Positions 46,194-55,360 of a stretch of DNA of 64,000 bases are shown here, piece by piece. The stretch spans positions 20,660 to 84,659 of the forward strand of contig JBDLIE010000008.1 of NCBI GenBank assembly GCA_039715015.1. The letters are read 5' to 3'. Origin of the DNA: Thermodesulfobacteriota bacterium. GTDB taxonomy: Bacteria > Desulfobacterota > Desulfobulbia > Desulfobulbales > SURF-16. The notes below the pieces were generated by a model. The model did not search any database, was not told where the DNA came from, and was given only the letters and a program-made list of their open reading frames with translations. The first letter of the stretch is position 1. Each line of letters starts with the position of its first letter. The position numbers and the translations under genes were made by a program.

Positions 46194-47255
46194 TTAATCA
46201 TGGAAACGCTCGGCAATCTGTTGAAATTCGCCGTTGATATCGTGGAAGGCGTCAAAGATATGGGGGTCAAAATGGGTCCCCTTTTCCTTGACCATAATGG
46301 CAAGCGCCTCTTCATGGCTATAGGCATCCTTGTAAACCCTTTTACTGATTAAGGCGTCATAGACATCGGCAATTGCCATGATGCGGCCGGAGAGCGGCGT
46401 CTCTTCCCCCATCAGGCCGCGGGGGTAGCCGTTGCCGTCGTATCTTTCATGGTGGCTGCCGGCGATCTCCTTGGCGTGGAGGAGAAAGGAGCTTTCCCCC
46501 ACTGTTTTTTCGAGTTTTTTGATGACTTCTTCACCATAGGTGGTGTGTTTTTTCATGGTCTCAAACTCTTCACTGGTGAGTTTGCCTGGTTTGAGGAGGA
46601 TGTCATCGCGGATTGCCACCTTGCCGATATCGTGGAGAGGGGCTGATTTGAAGAGAAGCCTGATGAGTTCAGGGGTGAGCTGCTCCTTGAATCTGGCAAC
46701 GCTGCCCAATTTGCGCGCCAATGCGCGAACATAATGCTGGGTCCGTTTAATGTGGCTGCCTGTCTCCGGATCGCGATACTCAGCAAGCTCACCCATGGCC
46801 TCAATGACCACGTCTTTGAGCAACTCGGTTTCCTTGGTCCGGTCGGCTACTTGTTCCTCAAGGCTTGCCCTGTAGGCCGCAAGTTCCAGTCTGGTGGACA
46901 CCCTGGCCCGTAACTCCTGGCCTGAAAAAGGTTTGGTGATGTAGTCGACGCCACCTGACTCAAAGCCCATGGCAATATCTTCCGGCTCATTTCTGGCCGT
47001 GAGAAAAATCACTGGAATGGAAGAGGTGAGCTTTTCCTGCTTCAGGGCCTTAACGGTCTCATAGCCGTCAATGCCGGGCATAACCACATCCATCAGGATG
47101 AGTTGGGGACGGGCGGTCCAGATGCGTTCCAGGGCCTGTTCGCCGCTGGTGGCATAGGCAAAATCGCAGTCAAGCTTGCTTAAATGGCTGAGGGCAACCT
47201 GGATGTTTTCGGCAACATCATCAACAATAAATACCAGGGGGCGTTGGTTTCTCAT
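46194..47255 (-). CDS. response regulator with REC plus HD-GYP domain
   Basis: REC (VFIVDDVAEN..D) and HD-GYP motifs (HDIGK, HHERYDGNGYP). Confidence 0.85.
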   Translation of the reverse strand: MRNQRPLVFIVDDVAENIQVALSHLSKLDCDFAYATSGEQALERIWTARPQLILMDVVMPGIDGYETVKALKQEKLTSSIPVIFLTARNEPEDIAMGFESGGVDYITKPFSGQELRARVSTRLELAAYRASLEEQVADRTKETELLKDVVIEAMGELAEYRDPETGSHIKRTQHYVRALARKLGSVARFKEQLTPELIRLLFKSAPLHDIGKVAIRDDILLKPGKLTSEEFETMKKHTTYGEEVIKKLEKTVGESSFLLHAKEIAGSHHERYDGNGYPRGLMGEETPLSGRIMAIADVYDALISKRVYKDAYSHEEALAIMVKEKGTHFDPHIFDAFHDINGEFQQIAERFHD

Positions 47256-47260
47256 GGTGG

Positions 47261-49369
47261 TTATACCTTTATGTATTTCTGCAGCTCATCCTGGAGCTCT
47301 TCAACCTTTAAAATGTTAAATCTGTCAGCGTTAACCCGGAGGTCGTTGCCGAGCTGGGTCAGTTCGTCCTGGCCTTCCGTTTCACCTAGTTTTTCAATTT
47401 CCTGTCCCAGCCTTGAGGCGTCACTGAGGTTGCCGCTCTTTTTATCATAGCCTGCAAGAATTTCCTGGATTTTCTCGACAAGATTTTTGCTAACAAAAGG
47501 AGAGGGGCCAGTTGTGTCAGGGGCCGCTTGGTCTGTTGATTTGGCCATGTCAGCGTAGGATGATAAAAAGCGGGCCATTTCATGTTCCAGCTCACGAATC
47601 TGAAAGGGCTTGTTGAGATAGCCGTCAAAAAGAGACTCCTCGTTGTTGAAATCAAGGACCGAGGCGGAAATGGCAATGATCGGGATGTCAGCAAGACCAG
47701 GATTTTTTTTGATGATGTCTGTGGCCTCATAGCCGTCCATAACAGGCATCTTTAAGTCCATGAGGATAAGGTCAGGTTTTCCCTCCTTCAGAATGTCCAG
47801 GGCCACCTTGCCATTTTCTGCTGAAATGATTGTTACCGCTGTTTTTCTGAAAAAATCTTTAATAAGTTGACAGTTAATTTCGTTGTCATCCACCACCATG
47901 ACGCGGCCTTCTTGGAACGAGACACGGCCAGAAGAGGAGGCTGTGGAGGAAGCAGGGGTATTTGTTGATACCTCTATTCCAGGGATGCTTAGTTCAAAGA
48001 CGCTGCCTTTTCCTGGGTTGCTATTCAGGGCCATTGTGCCGCCCATCAGGGTGACAAGGCGCTGGCTCAGAGGGAGGCCAAGGCCGGTGCTGCCCGTGTT
48101 GCGAATAGCTAAAGCGCTGATTTTATGGAAGGGTTCAAAAAGGGTTTCTTGGTCATTTTTGGCAATGCCGATACCCGTATCTTCAACAGCAATTATCAGT
48201 TCTATAGTGTTGTGGCCCGAGGCCTTGTGCTGCACGCGAAGAGTTACGCCTCCTTGCTCGGTAAAGGAAATGGCGTTTCCGAGGAGGTTGAAAAGAACCT
48301 GTCTCAGCCGTGTTTCATCAAAAATGACAGAAGGGGGGATCTCTGGGGAAATTGCCACCTGCAGGTCGATATTTTTGGCCTTAGCCCTCTCGGTAAACAT
48401 CCTGCCGATATTATGGAAAAACGTTGCCGTGTCAACAGACTGGTTCTGTATTTTGAGGCGACCGGCCTCAATTTTTGACAGGTCAAGGATGTCGTTAATG
48501 ATGACAATCAGGTCTTTGCCACTCTTTATGATGGTCTGCACATACTCCTTTTCCCTGTCCGTCAGGTTGGCCGAGGTAAGCATCTCACTGTAGCCGAGGA
48601 TGGCATTCATAGGGGTGCGAATTTCATGGGACATATTGGACAGAAATTCGTTTTTCAGGCGATTAGCGGTTTCTGCCATGTCTTTGGCCCGGCTCAGCTC
48701 AGCGGCATTTTTTTTGAGCTTTTTCTCCTGCTTGATCTGCTCACTGATGTCTTCGGAGATGATGACTACATGGTCGCCGCCGTGAGATGCCAGAAAAGAA
48801 ACATGCTCTTCGGTGGGATGACAGTCTCCATCACCACTGCAAAGATGGCCGTAATGGCTGAAATGGCCCTGGGCCTTTATTCTTTCCCAGGCCTTTGTCC
48901 GTCCCTGTCCATCGGTGGGGAAATTCTGGTCAAAAAAGGAGATATCTTTTGTAAGAAGCTCGGGCCTAGAGAGGCCTGTGGCCCGGCATGCTGCCTCGTT
49001 TACCATGGTGAGCTTAAAGTCCCGGTTATACCAGAAGATGTTAATCGGAACGGTGTCCAGGGTGAGCCAAGCAAGGGAGAGTTCGTCTTCCAGGCTCTGA
49101 GAGCGGGCCTTTGCCCTGGCCAACTGACGCCGATGCCAGAGATGAAGAAAGACAAGGAGTGCCAGGAGGGCGAGCCCTCCTGAGATGACGGCCTGAAAGG
49201 TTTTCATGCCGGGTTTCTGGATTTCAGTTTCCGTTGAAGCGGCCACGGAGGCATCTTGCTGGAGTTGGCTGTAGACCGGACAACACCATAAAAGAGAGAC
49301 GGCAAGAAGCGGCAGGAGAAAGACGAGGCATACCTTGGATAATGATAAGATTTTATAAGCGCAATTCAC
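47261..49369 (-). CDS. hybrid sensor histidine kinase (TM - PAS - HisKA - HATPase - REC - REC)
   Basis: H-box SHEIRTPMN, HATPase G-boxes, and two receiver domains (VMVVDDNEIN.., and a C-terminal REC). Confidence 0.8.
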   Translation of the reverse strand: MNCAYKILSLSKVCLVFLLPLLAVSLLWCCPVYSQLQQDASVAASTETEIQKPGMKTFQAVISGGLALLALLVFLHLWHRRQLARAKARSQSLEDELSLAWLTLDTVPINIFWYNRDFKLTMVNEAACRATGLSRPELLTKDISFFDQNFPTDGQGRTKAWERIKAQGHFSHYGHLCSGDGDCHPTEEHVSFLASHGGDHVVIISEDISEQIKQEKKLKKNAAELSRAKDMAETANRLKNEFLSNMSHEIRTPMNAILGYSEMLTSANLTDREKEYVQTIIKSGKDLIVIINDILDLSKIEAGRLKIQNQSVDTATFFHNIGRMFTERAKAKNIDLQVAISPEIPPSVIFDETRLRQVLFNLLGNAISFTEQGGVTLRVQHKASGHNTIELIIAVEDTGIGIAKNDQETLFEPFHKISALAIRNTGSTGLGLPLSQRLVTLMGGTMALNSNPGKGSVFELSIPGIEVSTNTPASSTASSSGRVSFQEGRVMVVDDNEINCQLIKDFFRKTAVTIISAENGKVALDILKEGKPDLILMDLKMPVMDGYEATDIIKKNPGLADIPIIAISASVLDFNNEESLFDGYLNKPFQIRELEHEMARFLSSYADMAKSTDQAAPDTTGPSPFVSKNLVEKIQEILAGYDKKSGNLSDASRLGQEIEKLGETEGQDELTQLGNDLRVNADRFNILKVEELQDELQKYIKV

Positions 49370-49605
49370 AGGGGATTGATCCGGTAGGCTTCTCTTTATT
49401 ATGACGTGTTTTTTCAGGTTTATGGTTTGTCACCCTTCAGGTTAAAATAAAGCGATGCTCTATGTCAAAGTAAAACAGAGGGTTAGAAGACGGACAGCGC
49501 AAAATGAGCCATGGGAAATGGTTTGCTTAATCATCATGAACGATTTATCTTGATGGAAATGGGAACCAAAACAGGTTGCCAGCTTTCTTAAAAGAAAAAC
49601 AACAA

Positions 49606-49966
49606 GGGGGTGAAACGGGTTCGACGGGGATATATAAGCTCAGGTTGCATGTCGAGAATTCTATCTTTCTCGTAAACATTGATAGATTTATTAAAATAGT
49701 CGCAGATGACTATGCATATGCTGTGGCAGCATAAATAAGCCACTGTTCTCCTTCGTTATTCCTGCGGACGGAGGAAGAACATCGACTAGCGGGATAGCCC
49801 CTGATTTTTTGGGTGGGTCAATGGGCGAAACTAAACACCTGATAGTGCCGAAATCTCCTCGTCCCGGTGGAGATCAGGCACGATAAGCAGCTAAGCGGGA
49901 ATAAACATGTAGATACCTGCAGGGGAGTATTTTCGGACGGGGGTTCAACTCCCCCCACCTCCACCA
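49606..49966 (+). ncRNA. ssrA: tmRNA (SsrA) with predicted tag ADDYAYAVAA
   Basis: The 5' end GGGGGUGAAACGGGUUCGACGGGG pairs with the 3' end ..CACCUCCACCA (7-bp acceptor with a G3:U70 pair and an encoded CCA). T-arm GGGGGUUCAACUCCCCC. The tag ORF GCA GAT GAC TAT GCA TAT GCT GTG GCA GCA TAA lies at 49702-49734. Confidence 0.9.
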
Positions 49967-50133
49967 TTTTTTAGTGTTAAAACAGGTGGTTGAGAAAGAT
50001 TGTTCGCGTTTGAAGGTGGCCCAAAGGTGGCCCAGCTCTTTATCGCGATAATCAAACACAAGAAGCCATCCTTTTGGGGTGGCTTTTCTTTTTTATGATG
50101 AGATTCAATCTCATTTCGATATTGTTCAGCTAA

Positions 50134-51291
50134 CTAATCAACATCGCTATATGCGATAGCAAATATCTCGGGAGATATGTAAACTTTTGGTCTAGTTGAA
50201 GCTCTGCTTTCTCTAATTATTCCTAACTTTTCAAGTATGGAAAGGTCGTTTCTTGCGGTTGGGTAAGTTATTTCAAAAATCTCAGTTGCTTGCGGGATAG
50301 TTATAAGCGGAGATTCAAAGAGTCTTTCGATGATTCCATGCAACCGAATACTTCCTTTGCAATTTGCAACCATTTGTAGGTACCTCTCCCTTACAGCCAC
50401 TAGTTGGTCGAATCTCTTAATCGCATCCTTTGCTTGGTAAATTGTTGCTCGCAAGCAGTATGCAATCCAAGTATCAAAGTCCCCTTTTGCGCTTACGTTA
50501 AATAAATTTTGAATATATTCTTCTTTGTATTTGTCAAAGAAGGCACTCAAATAAAGCCAAGGGCTAGTTAATTTGCACCAGTGGAAAATCATTAGCGATA
50601 GCAGCAATCTGCCAACCCTTCCATTTCCATCCAAAAAAGGATGTATAGTTTCAAATTGATAATGAACAAAAAAACAAAACACCAGAGGATCAATAGAGCT
50701 TTCTTGGTGAATATATTTTTCTAAATCAAATAAGTTGCCTTCAAGTTTGTCTGGAGGAGGAGGTATAAATCTTTTGTCAGATCCGACATGAACCTGAGAT
50801 CGTCTAAAGTTGCCAGGATCTCTATGGTGTCCTCGGACACCAGACAGAAGTACCTTGTGGATTTCGCGGAGAAACCTTAATGAGACGGGTATCTCGGAAA
50901 GAAGCTGTTGGCCTTTGATAAGAGCTTCATGGTAGTTGAAGACTTCTTTCCAAGAATTTATTTTATCTTTATTTGACTTCGGTTCTTTAGGTTCTATTTC
51001 AAATAAAAGAAGCTCTTCAGGGGTTGCGTATGTTCCTTCTAGGCTTGACGATTTTAATGCTTCGCGATGCTGTAGTGGCTTGAGCAATAAATTATAGTTG
51101 GGCATATGTCTCCCAACACCGTCTAATCTAGCTAGCTCTTCACGTGCTTCTGCCAGTAATGGCCATAAATTCCCTGAAACTTGAAAATCCGTAGGAAGAT
51201 GATCAGGCACAAAAGCCCAATCATCACTTTCTTGAATGCTTATCTTAACCAGCTCTCCAGGTGAGTTTTCAGTGAAGAAAGTCTTTTCCAT
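50134..51291 (-). CDS. Fic family protein (class II, N-terminal SxxxEG inhibitory motif) with C-terminal winged-helix region
   Basis: Fic motif HPFLDGNGRVGR and inhibitory-helix-like SSSLEGTYAT near the N-terminus. The gene is clearly AT-rich compared with its neighbours. Confidence 0.85.
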   Translation of the reverse strand: MEKTFFTENSPGELVKISIQESDDWAFVPDHLPTDFQVSGNLWPLLAEAREELARLDGVGRHMPNYNLLLKPLQHREALKSSSLEGTYATPEELLLFEIEPKEPKSNKDKINSWKEVFNYHEALIKGQQLLSEIPVSLRFLREIHKVLLSGVRGHHRDPGNFRRSQVHVGSDKRFIPPPPDKLEGNLFDLEKYIHQESSIDPLVFCFFVHYQFETIHPFLDGNGRVGRLLLSLMIFHWCKLTSPWLYLSAFFDKYKEEYIQNLFNVSAKGDFDTWIAYCLRATIYQAKDAIKRFDQLVAVRERYLQMVANCKGSIRLHGIIERLFESPLITIPQATEIFEITYPTARNDLSILEKLGIIRESRASTRPKVYISPEIFAIAYSDVD

Positions 51292-51319
51292 TAGGTGTCC
51301 ATTTTTATTAGAAGAAGAA

Positions 51320-51588
51320 TTTTAACTAAAACAGTTGAATTAAAATATCAGCCAATAAATTTTAATTCAACTGTTTTAGTTAAAGGGAGTTAAATTAGAA
51401 GCGATTCTTTAAAGGCAGTCTCCTTTAAAGTCGAAATTGTTAAATATATCTATCTGTTACGGAAATTCCGGGGACACCATAGAATGGCACTAGTTTAAAA
51501 TAAATTAATGGTTCAGAATTGCTGACAATAGAGGGTTTAAATCGGATTTTAAATCCTTAAGCTAGCGCCATTCTATGGTGTCCCCGGA
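51320..51588. repeat. AT-rich intergenic region with two long inverted repeats
   Basis: IR1 is TTTTAACTAAAACAGTTGAATTAAAA (51320-51345) paired with TTTTAATTCAACTGTTTTAGTTAAA (51361-51385). IR2 is GGGGACACCATAGAATGGCACTAG (51469-51492) paired with CTAGCGCCATTCTATGGTGTCCCC (51561-51584). Confidence 0.6.
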
Positions 51589-51671
51589 ACTCGCAAGGAA
51601 GAAATAAAAAAGCTCCACCAGAAAATCAAAAAATAGATGAAAATTGCTACAAGCAAAAAGGAGGAGTTTTA

Positions 51672-52049
51672 ATGTTAAATTTACAGAAGAAAGACTTTGT
51701 TTCCCTTATCCTATGTTTATTGCTTGTGGATATGGTTTTTTCTAGTCCCAGTTTAGCGTCTTCGGCAATAACAGGATTGGTAAAAAAGCAGAGTGTCTAT
51801 GTGGCAATTTACTCGCATATATACCATGGAAACAAAGAAAAACCGTTTGATTTAGCCGCAACTCTCAGCATTCGCAATACAGATCTGCATAAAAATATCA
51901 GGCTCCTCTCTGTTGATTATTTTGACTCAAAGGGAAGTTTTCTGAGGAAATATGTGGATAAACCCACGGCTTTAAAAAGTCTTGCGACAACTCGTTATGT
52001 TATAAAAAGCTCAGACACGAGTGGCGGCTCCGGGGCAAAATTTTTGTAA
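51672..52049 (+). CDS. small secreted protein, probable DUF3124 family
   Basis: Signal peptide and the VYVAIYSHIYHG..TLSIRNTD motif, as recalled for DUF3124. AT-rich. Confidence 0.45.
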   Translation: MLNLQKKDFVSLILCLLLVDMVFSSPSLASSAITGLVKKQSVYVAIYSHIYHGNKEKPFDLAATLSIRNTDLHKNIRLLSVDYFDSKGSFLRKYVDKPTALKSLATTRYVIKSSDTSGGSGAKFL

Positions 52050-52230
52050 GGTGGGAATCGGATCATCCAGTAAATCCTCCCTTAATTGAAGCAATCATGA
52101 TAAGCACAAAAAGCCAACAAGGGATTTCTTTTGTGTCAAGAGGGCAAGTGATAGAAGAGTAAAGCTAAAAACTATCTCACCTTATATTGATTTTAATAAG
52201 TAAATAGAATTTTCCGGGGCAAGAAAAGTA

Positions 52231-52965
52231 ATGATCTTCTCTATTATCCTTAAAAAATTAAGAGACGCTTTTACCGACCTGCTTCCTATCATTGTTGTTA
52301 TCGCTTTTTTTCAGATTGCTGTTCTGAAACAGCCTTTGCCGCAGCTGGGGGAGGTTCTTTTTGGCGCTCTTCTTGTGGTGGCCGGGCTCAGCCTGTTTGT
52401 TCAGGGCTTGGAGATGGGGCTCTTTCCCATAGGTGAAGAAATGGCTCATGCCTTAGCCAGGAAGGGCAGTCTTTTTTGGCTTCTGCTCTTTGCCTTTGCC
52501 CTTGGCTTTTCAACCACTGTGGCAGAGCCAGCACTTATAGCAGTGTCGGCCGAGGCCGCGCACATTGCCAGTGAGGGTGGTCTTATCGATTCCAACAGTG
52601 ACACTCTTCGGCAATATGCCTTTGGCCTACGTATGTCTGTCGCCTTTTCTGTGGGCCTGGCTATCCTTATCGGTGTGATGCGTATCATCCGGGGCTGGCC
52701 TCTTCATTATCTGATCATTGGTGGCTATATTGTTGTCATGTTGATGACCATCATTGCTCCGAAAGAGATTATTGGTATAGCCTATGATGCCGGCGGAGTC
52801 ACGACCTCCACCATCACTGTCCCTTTGGTTGCCGCCCTTGGCGTTGGGTTGGCCTCAACCATCAGGGGCAGGAGCCCTCTTGTGGATGGCTTTGGTCTTA
52901 TCGCCTTTGCCTCTCTAATGCCCATGATCTTTGTCATGGGATATGGGCTCATAGTTTTCGGATAA
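52231..52965 (+). CDS. DUF1538 family membrane protein (copy 1)
   Basis: Polytopic membrane protein with a repeated [23 protein letters not shown] motif. It is paralogous to the next gene. Confidence 0.7.
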   Translation: MIFSIILKKLRDAFTDLLPIIVVIAFFQIAVLKQPLPQLGEVLFGALLVVAGLSLFVQGLEMGLFPIGEEMAHALARKGSLFWLLLFAFALGFSTTVAEPALIAVSAEAAHIASEGGLIDSNSDTLRQYAFGLRMSVAFSVGLAILIGVMRIIRGWPLHYLIIGGYIVVMLMTIIAPKEIIGIAYDAGGVTTSTITVPLVAALGVGLASTIRGRSPLVDGFGLIAFASLMPMIFVMGYGLIVFG

Positions 52966-52980
52966 GTACAGGAGCTTTGA

Positions 52981-53775
52981 TTGGGCTTTTTACTCGATTT
53001 TTTAAAAATTCTGCTCGCTACCTGCAAAGATGTGCTGCCGATCATCATTCTTATTACCGGCTTTCAACTTCTGGTCTTACGGCAACCAATTCCTCATCTG
53101 CGCCGCCTTATTGTTGGCGGGCTTTATGTTGTTGCCGGTCTGGCGCTTTTTCTGGTGGGTCTCGAAAAGGCTCTTTTCCCCTTGGGTAAAATCATGGCTA
53201 ACCAGCTCTCTGATCCCGTTTTTGTTTATGGCACCAGTGAAGCTGTATTGCATGCAGACTGGAAGGCCTATGGCTGGGTTTACCTCTTTGCGGCAATGAT
53301 CGGTTTTGCCACTACCATTGCCGAACCTTCTCTCATTGCCGTGGCCTTTAAGGCAAACGAAGTCTCCGCCGGAACCATTAGCCAGTGGGGGCTACGTATT
53401 ACTGTTGCCATAGGAGTTGCTTTTGGAATCAGCCTTGGTACGTTTCGTATTGTTACCGGCACACCACTTTATCTCTATATACTTGTTGGCTATCTGGTGG
53501 TTATTGTGCAGACTATATTTGCCCCCAAAAGTATTATCCCATTGGCATATGATTCTGGAGGGGTCACCACTTCAACGGTAACGGTGCCACTGGTGGCAGC
53601 CCTTGGCCTGGGTCTGGCCAGCACAGTGCCAGGGCGAAACCCTGCCCTTGACGGTTTTGGTCTTATTGCTTTTGCTAGTCTTTTCCCAATTGTTGCGGTT
53701 ATGGGCTATGCCCAGATAATGGACTGGCGAACACATCGTAAATCAAAAATTATGGAGAAGAAAAATGCGCTTTAA
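52981..53775 (+). CDS. DUF1538 family membrane protein (copy 2)
   Basis: Paralogue of the preceding gene ([23 protein letters not shown]). Confidence 0.7.
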   Translation: MGFLLDFLKILLATCKDVLPIIILITGFQLLVLRQPIPHLRRLIVGGLYVVAGLALFLVGLEKALFPLGKIMANQLSDPVFVYGTSEAVLHADWKAYGWVYLFAAMIGFATTIAEPSLIAVAFKANEVSAGTISQWGLRITVAIGVAFGISLGTFRIVTGTPLYLYILVGYLVVIVQTIFAPKSIIPLAYDSGGVTTSTVTVPLVAALGLGLASTVPGRNPALDGFGLIAFASLFPIVAVMGYAQIMDWRTHRKSKIMEKKNAL

Positions 53776-54112
53776 ACTCATTTTGTCTTCAGTAAAGTCT
53801 GATATTACAGACCATATTGTTGATACAGCTAAAAAGGAAGGGGCCACAGGGGCAACGATCATCCCGGCAAGGGGGACCGGCATCCATGAGGCCAAGACTT
53901 TCTTCGGCCTTTCGCTGGAGGCGCAGACTGATATCATTTTACTCCTTGTTGAAGAGCATCTTGTTCCTAAAATTTTGGATGCTATCAAAGAAGCTGGAGA
54001 ATTCCATAAGCCAGGAACCGGTATTGCCTTTGTGGTACCGGTGGAGCATGTGGTGGGGCTGGAAAGCCAGATGGAAAGATTTAAAGAAGAAGTGCGGGAT
54101 AGCTACTTTTAA
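53765..54112 (+). CDS. P-II-like (GlnB-fold) small regulatory protein
   Basis: 115 aa with ferredoxin-like beta-alpha-beta repeats and a T-loop-like RGTGIHEAKTF. It overlaps the previous stop by 11 nt. Confidence 0.7.
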   Translation: MRFKLILSSVKSDITDHIVDTAKKEGATGATIIPARGTGIHEAKTFFGLSLEAQTDIILLLVEEHLVPKILDAIKEAGEFHKPGTGIAFVVPVEHVVGLESQMERFKEEVRDSYF

Positions 54113-54139
54113 GCAGCCATTTTTATTTGGAGAAAAAAT

Positions 54140-54544
54140 ATGGAACATGACAGCACGCCAATAATACGGGCACGGGACGTAATGCAAAAGGGCATTGTCT
54201 CCATTGACGGCATGGCCACAGCCAAGGAGGCTGCCGCCAAGATGCGCGCTGAAAAAACCTCCTATCTTCTGGTGGACAAAAGACATGACGATGACGCCTG
54301 GGGCATCTTGGTCGTCCAAGATTTCATTAAAGGGGTGATTATACCTGGCCGCTCTCCTTCCGAGGTGAATGTCTATGAGGTCATGACAAAACCAGTGATC
54401 ACAGTGCCGGCTGACATGGATATACGTTATGTTGCCCGCCTGATTTATCGTGCCAATATCCGCCGGGCCCCGGTTGAGGACCGCGGAGAACTTGTCGGCA
54501 TAATTTCTCTTGCCTCCATAATCCTCGACAACGAGCTTTTTTAG
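54140..54544 (+). CDS. CBS-domain pair protein
   Basis: Two CBS motifs (..VMQKGIVSIDGMATAKEAAAKM.., ..VMTKPVITVPADMDIRYVARLI..). Confidence 0.8.
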   Translation: MEHDSTPIIRARDVMQKGIVSIDGMATAKEAAAKMRAEKTSYLLVDKRHDDDAWGILVVQDFIKGVIIPGRSPSEVNVYEVMTKPVITVPADMDIRYVARLIYRANIRRAPVEDRGELVGIISLASIILDNELF

Positions 54545-54612
54545 TCAGAGAGAAAAAATCAATTGGCCCCAAAAGGCAGGAACCGAACCAATGCACATGG
54601 ATTTTCAGTCTG

Positions 54613-54897
54613 ATGATTGTGGCAAGCTGGAAGGTCTTTGAAAAGGCTGGCCAGCCTGGATGGGCTTGTCTGGTCCCCATCTACAATCTGTATGTCTTTT
54701 TGGTGATTGCCGGAAAACCCGCCTGGTGGATTTTGCTCATGTTGGTCCCCATCGTTAACATCATCTTTGCGGTGATCGCCTGTGTCGCCTTTGCTCAGAA
54801 ATTCGGCAAGGATGCTCTCTTTGGAGTGGGTATTGCTTTGCTGGGCATTGTTTTCTTGCCTATTCTTGCCTGGGGCGATGCCCACTATTCAGGGTAG
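54613..54897 (+). CDS. small three-TM membrane protein (DUF5684-like)
   Basis: 94 aa with hydrophobic segments, matching the pattern of a widespread small membrane protein family. Confidence 0.45.
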   Translation: MIVASWKVFEKAGQPGWACLVPIYNLYVFLVIAGKPAWWILLMLVPIVNIIFAVIACVAFAQKFGKDALFGVGIALLGIVFLPILAWGDAHYSG

Positions 54898-55360
54898 TTA
54901 AATTTCTACAAAAACAGCTGGGTGGTGTTTGTCCATCCTTTATGCAGCGCAATTGTCTATTGGCAATTGCGCTGTTTTTTGTTCATGGCCATCTGGGCGG
55001 CACTCCATTTTTTTTAATTTTGCTTGTCTGAGTAGGGTTCTTTTTCTTGATAGACATTAGGCAGGTGAATCAATAGTATAATTTTTAAAGCAGCTATCTG
55101 GGGGGATAGCCGGTGGTCGATGGGCGGAAATACCCATGTCGGATGTCAAATTTCGTTTTCGACTTGCTTAATCACTTCAGCTGCTGAAGGTGGCGACAAT
55201 GCGGATCCTGCCCTGCTCACCCAGGTTCCCAGCAGCATTTTTTTTCAAAAGACCCTGGGCCGGAAAGCGGGAGACAAGACAGAAGGTCTAGGGCAGCATC
55301 TGCTCGCCAAACCCATGGCCTCTGCCAAGACCAGGGAGGCTGAATCAGCCTGAAGGACCA

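Noticed and set aside
49967-51620. Integrase or att duplication defining a complete genomic island at ssrA
   Set aside because: No integrase ORF. Only an 8-nt match to the tmRNA 3' end was found, which is too short to call an att site.
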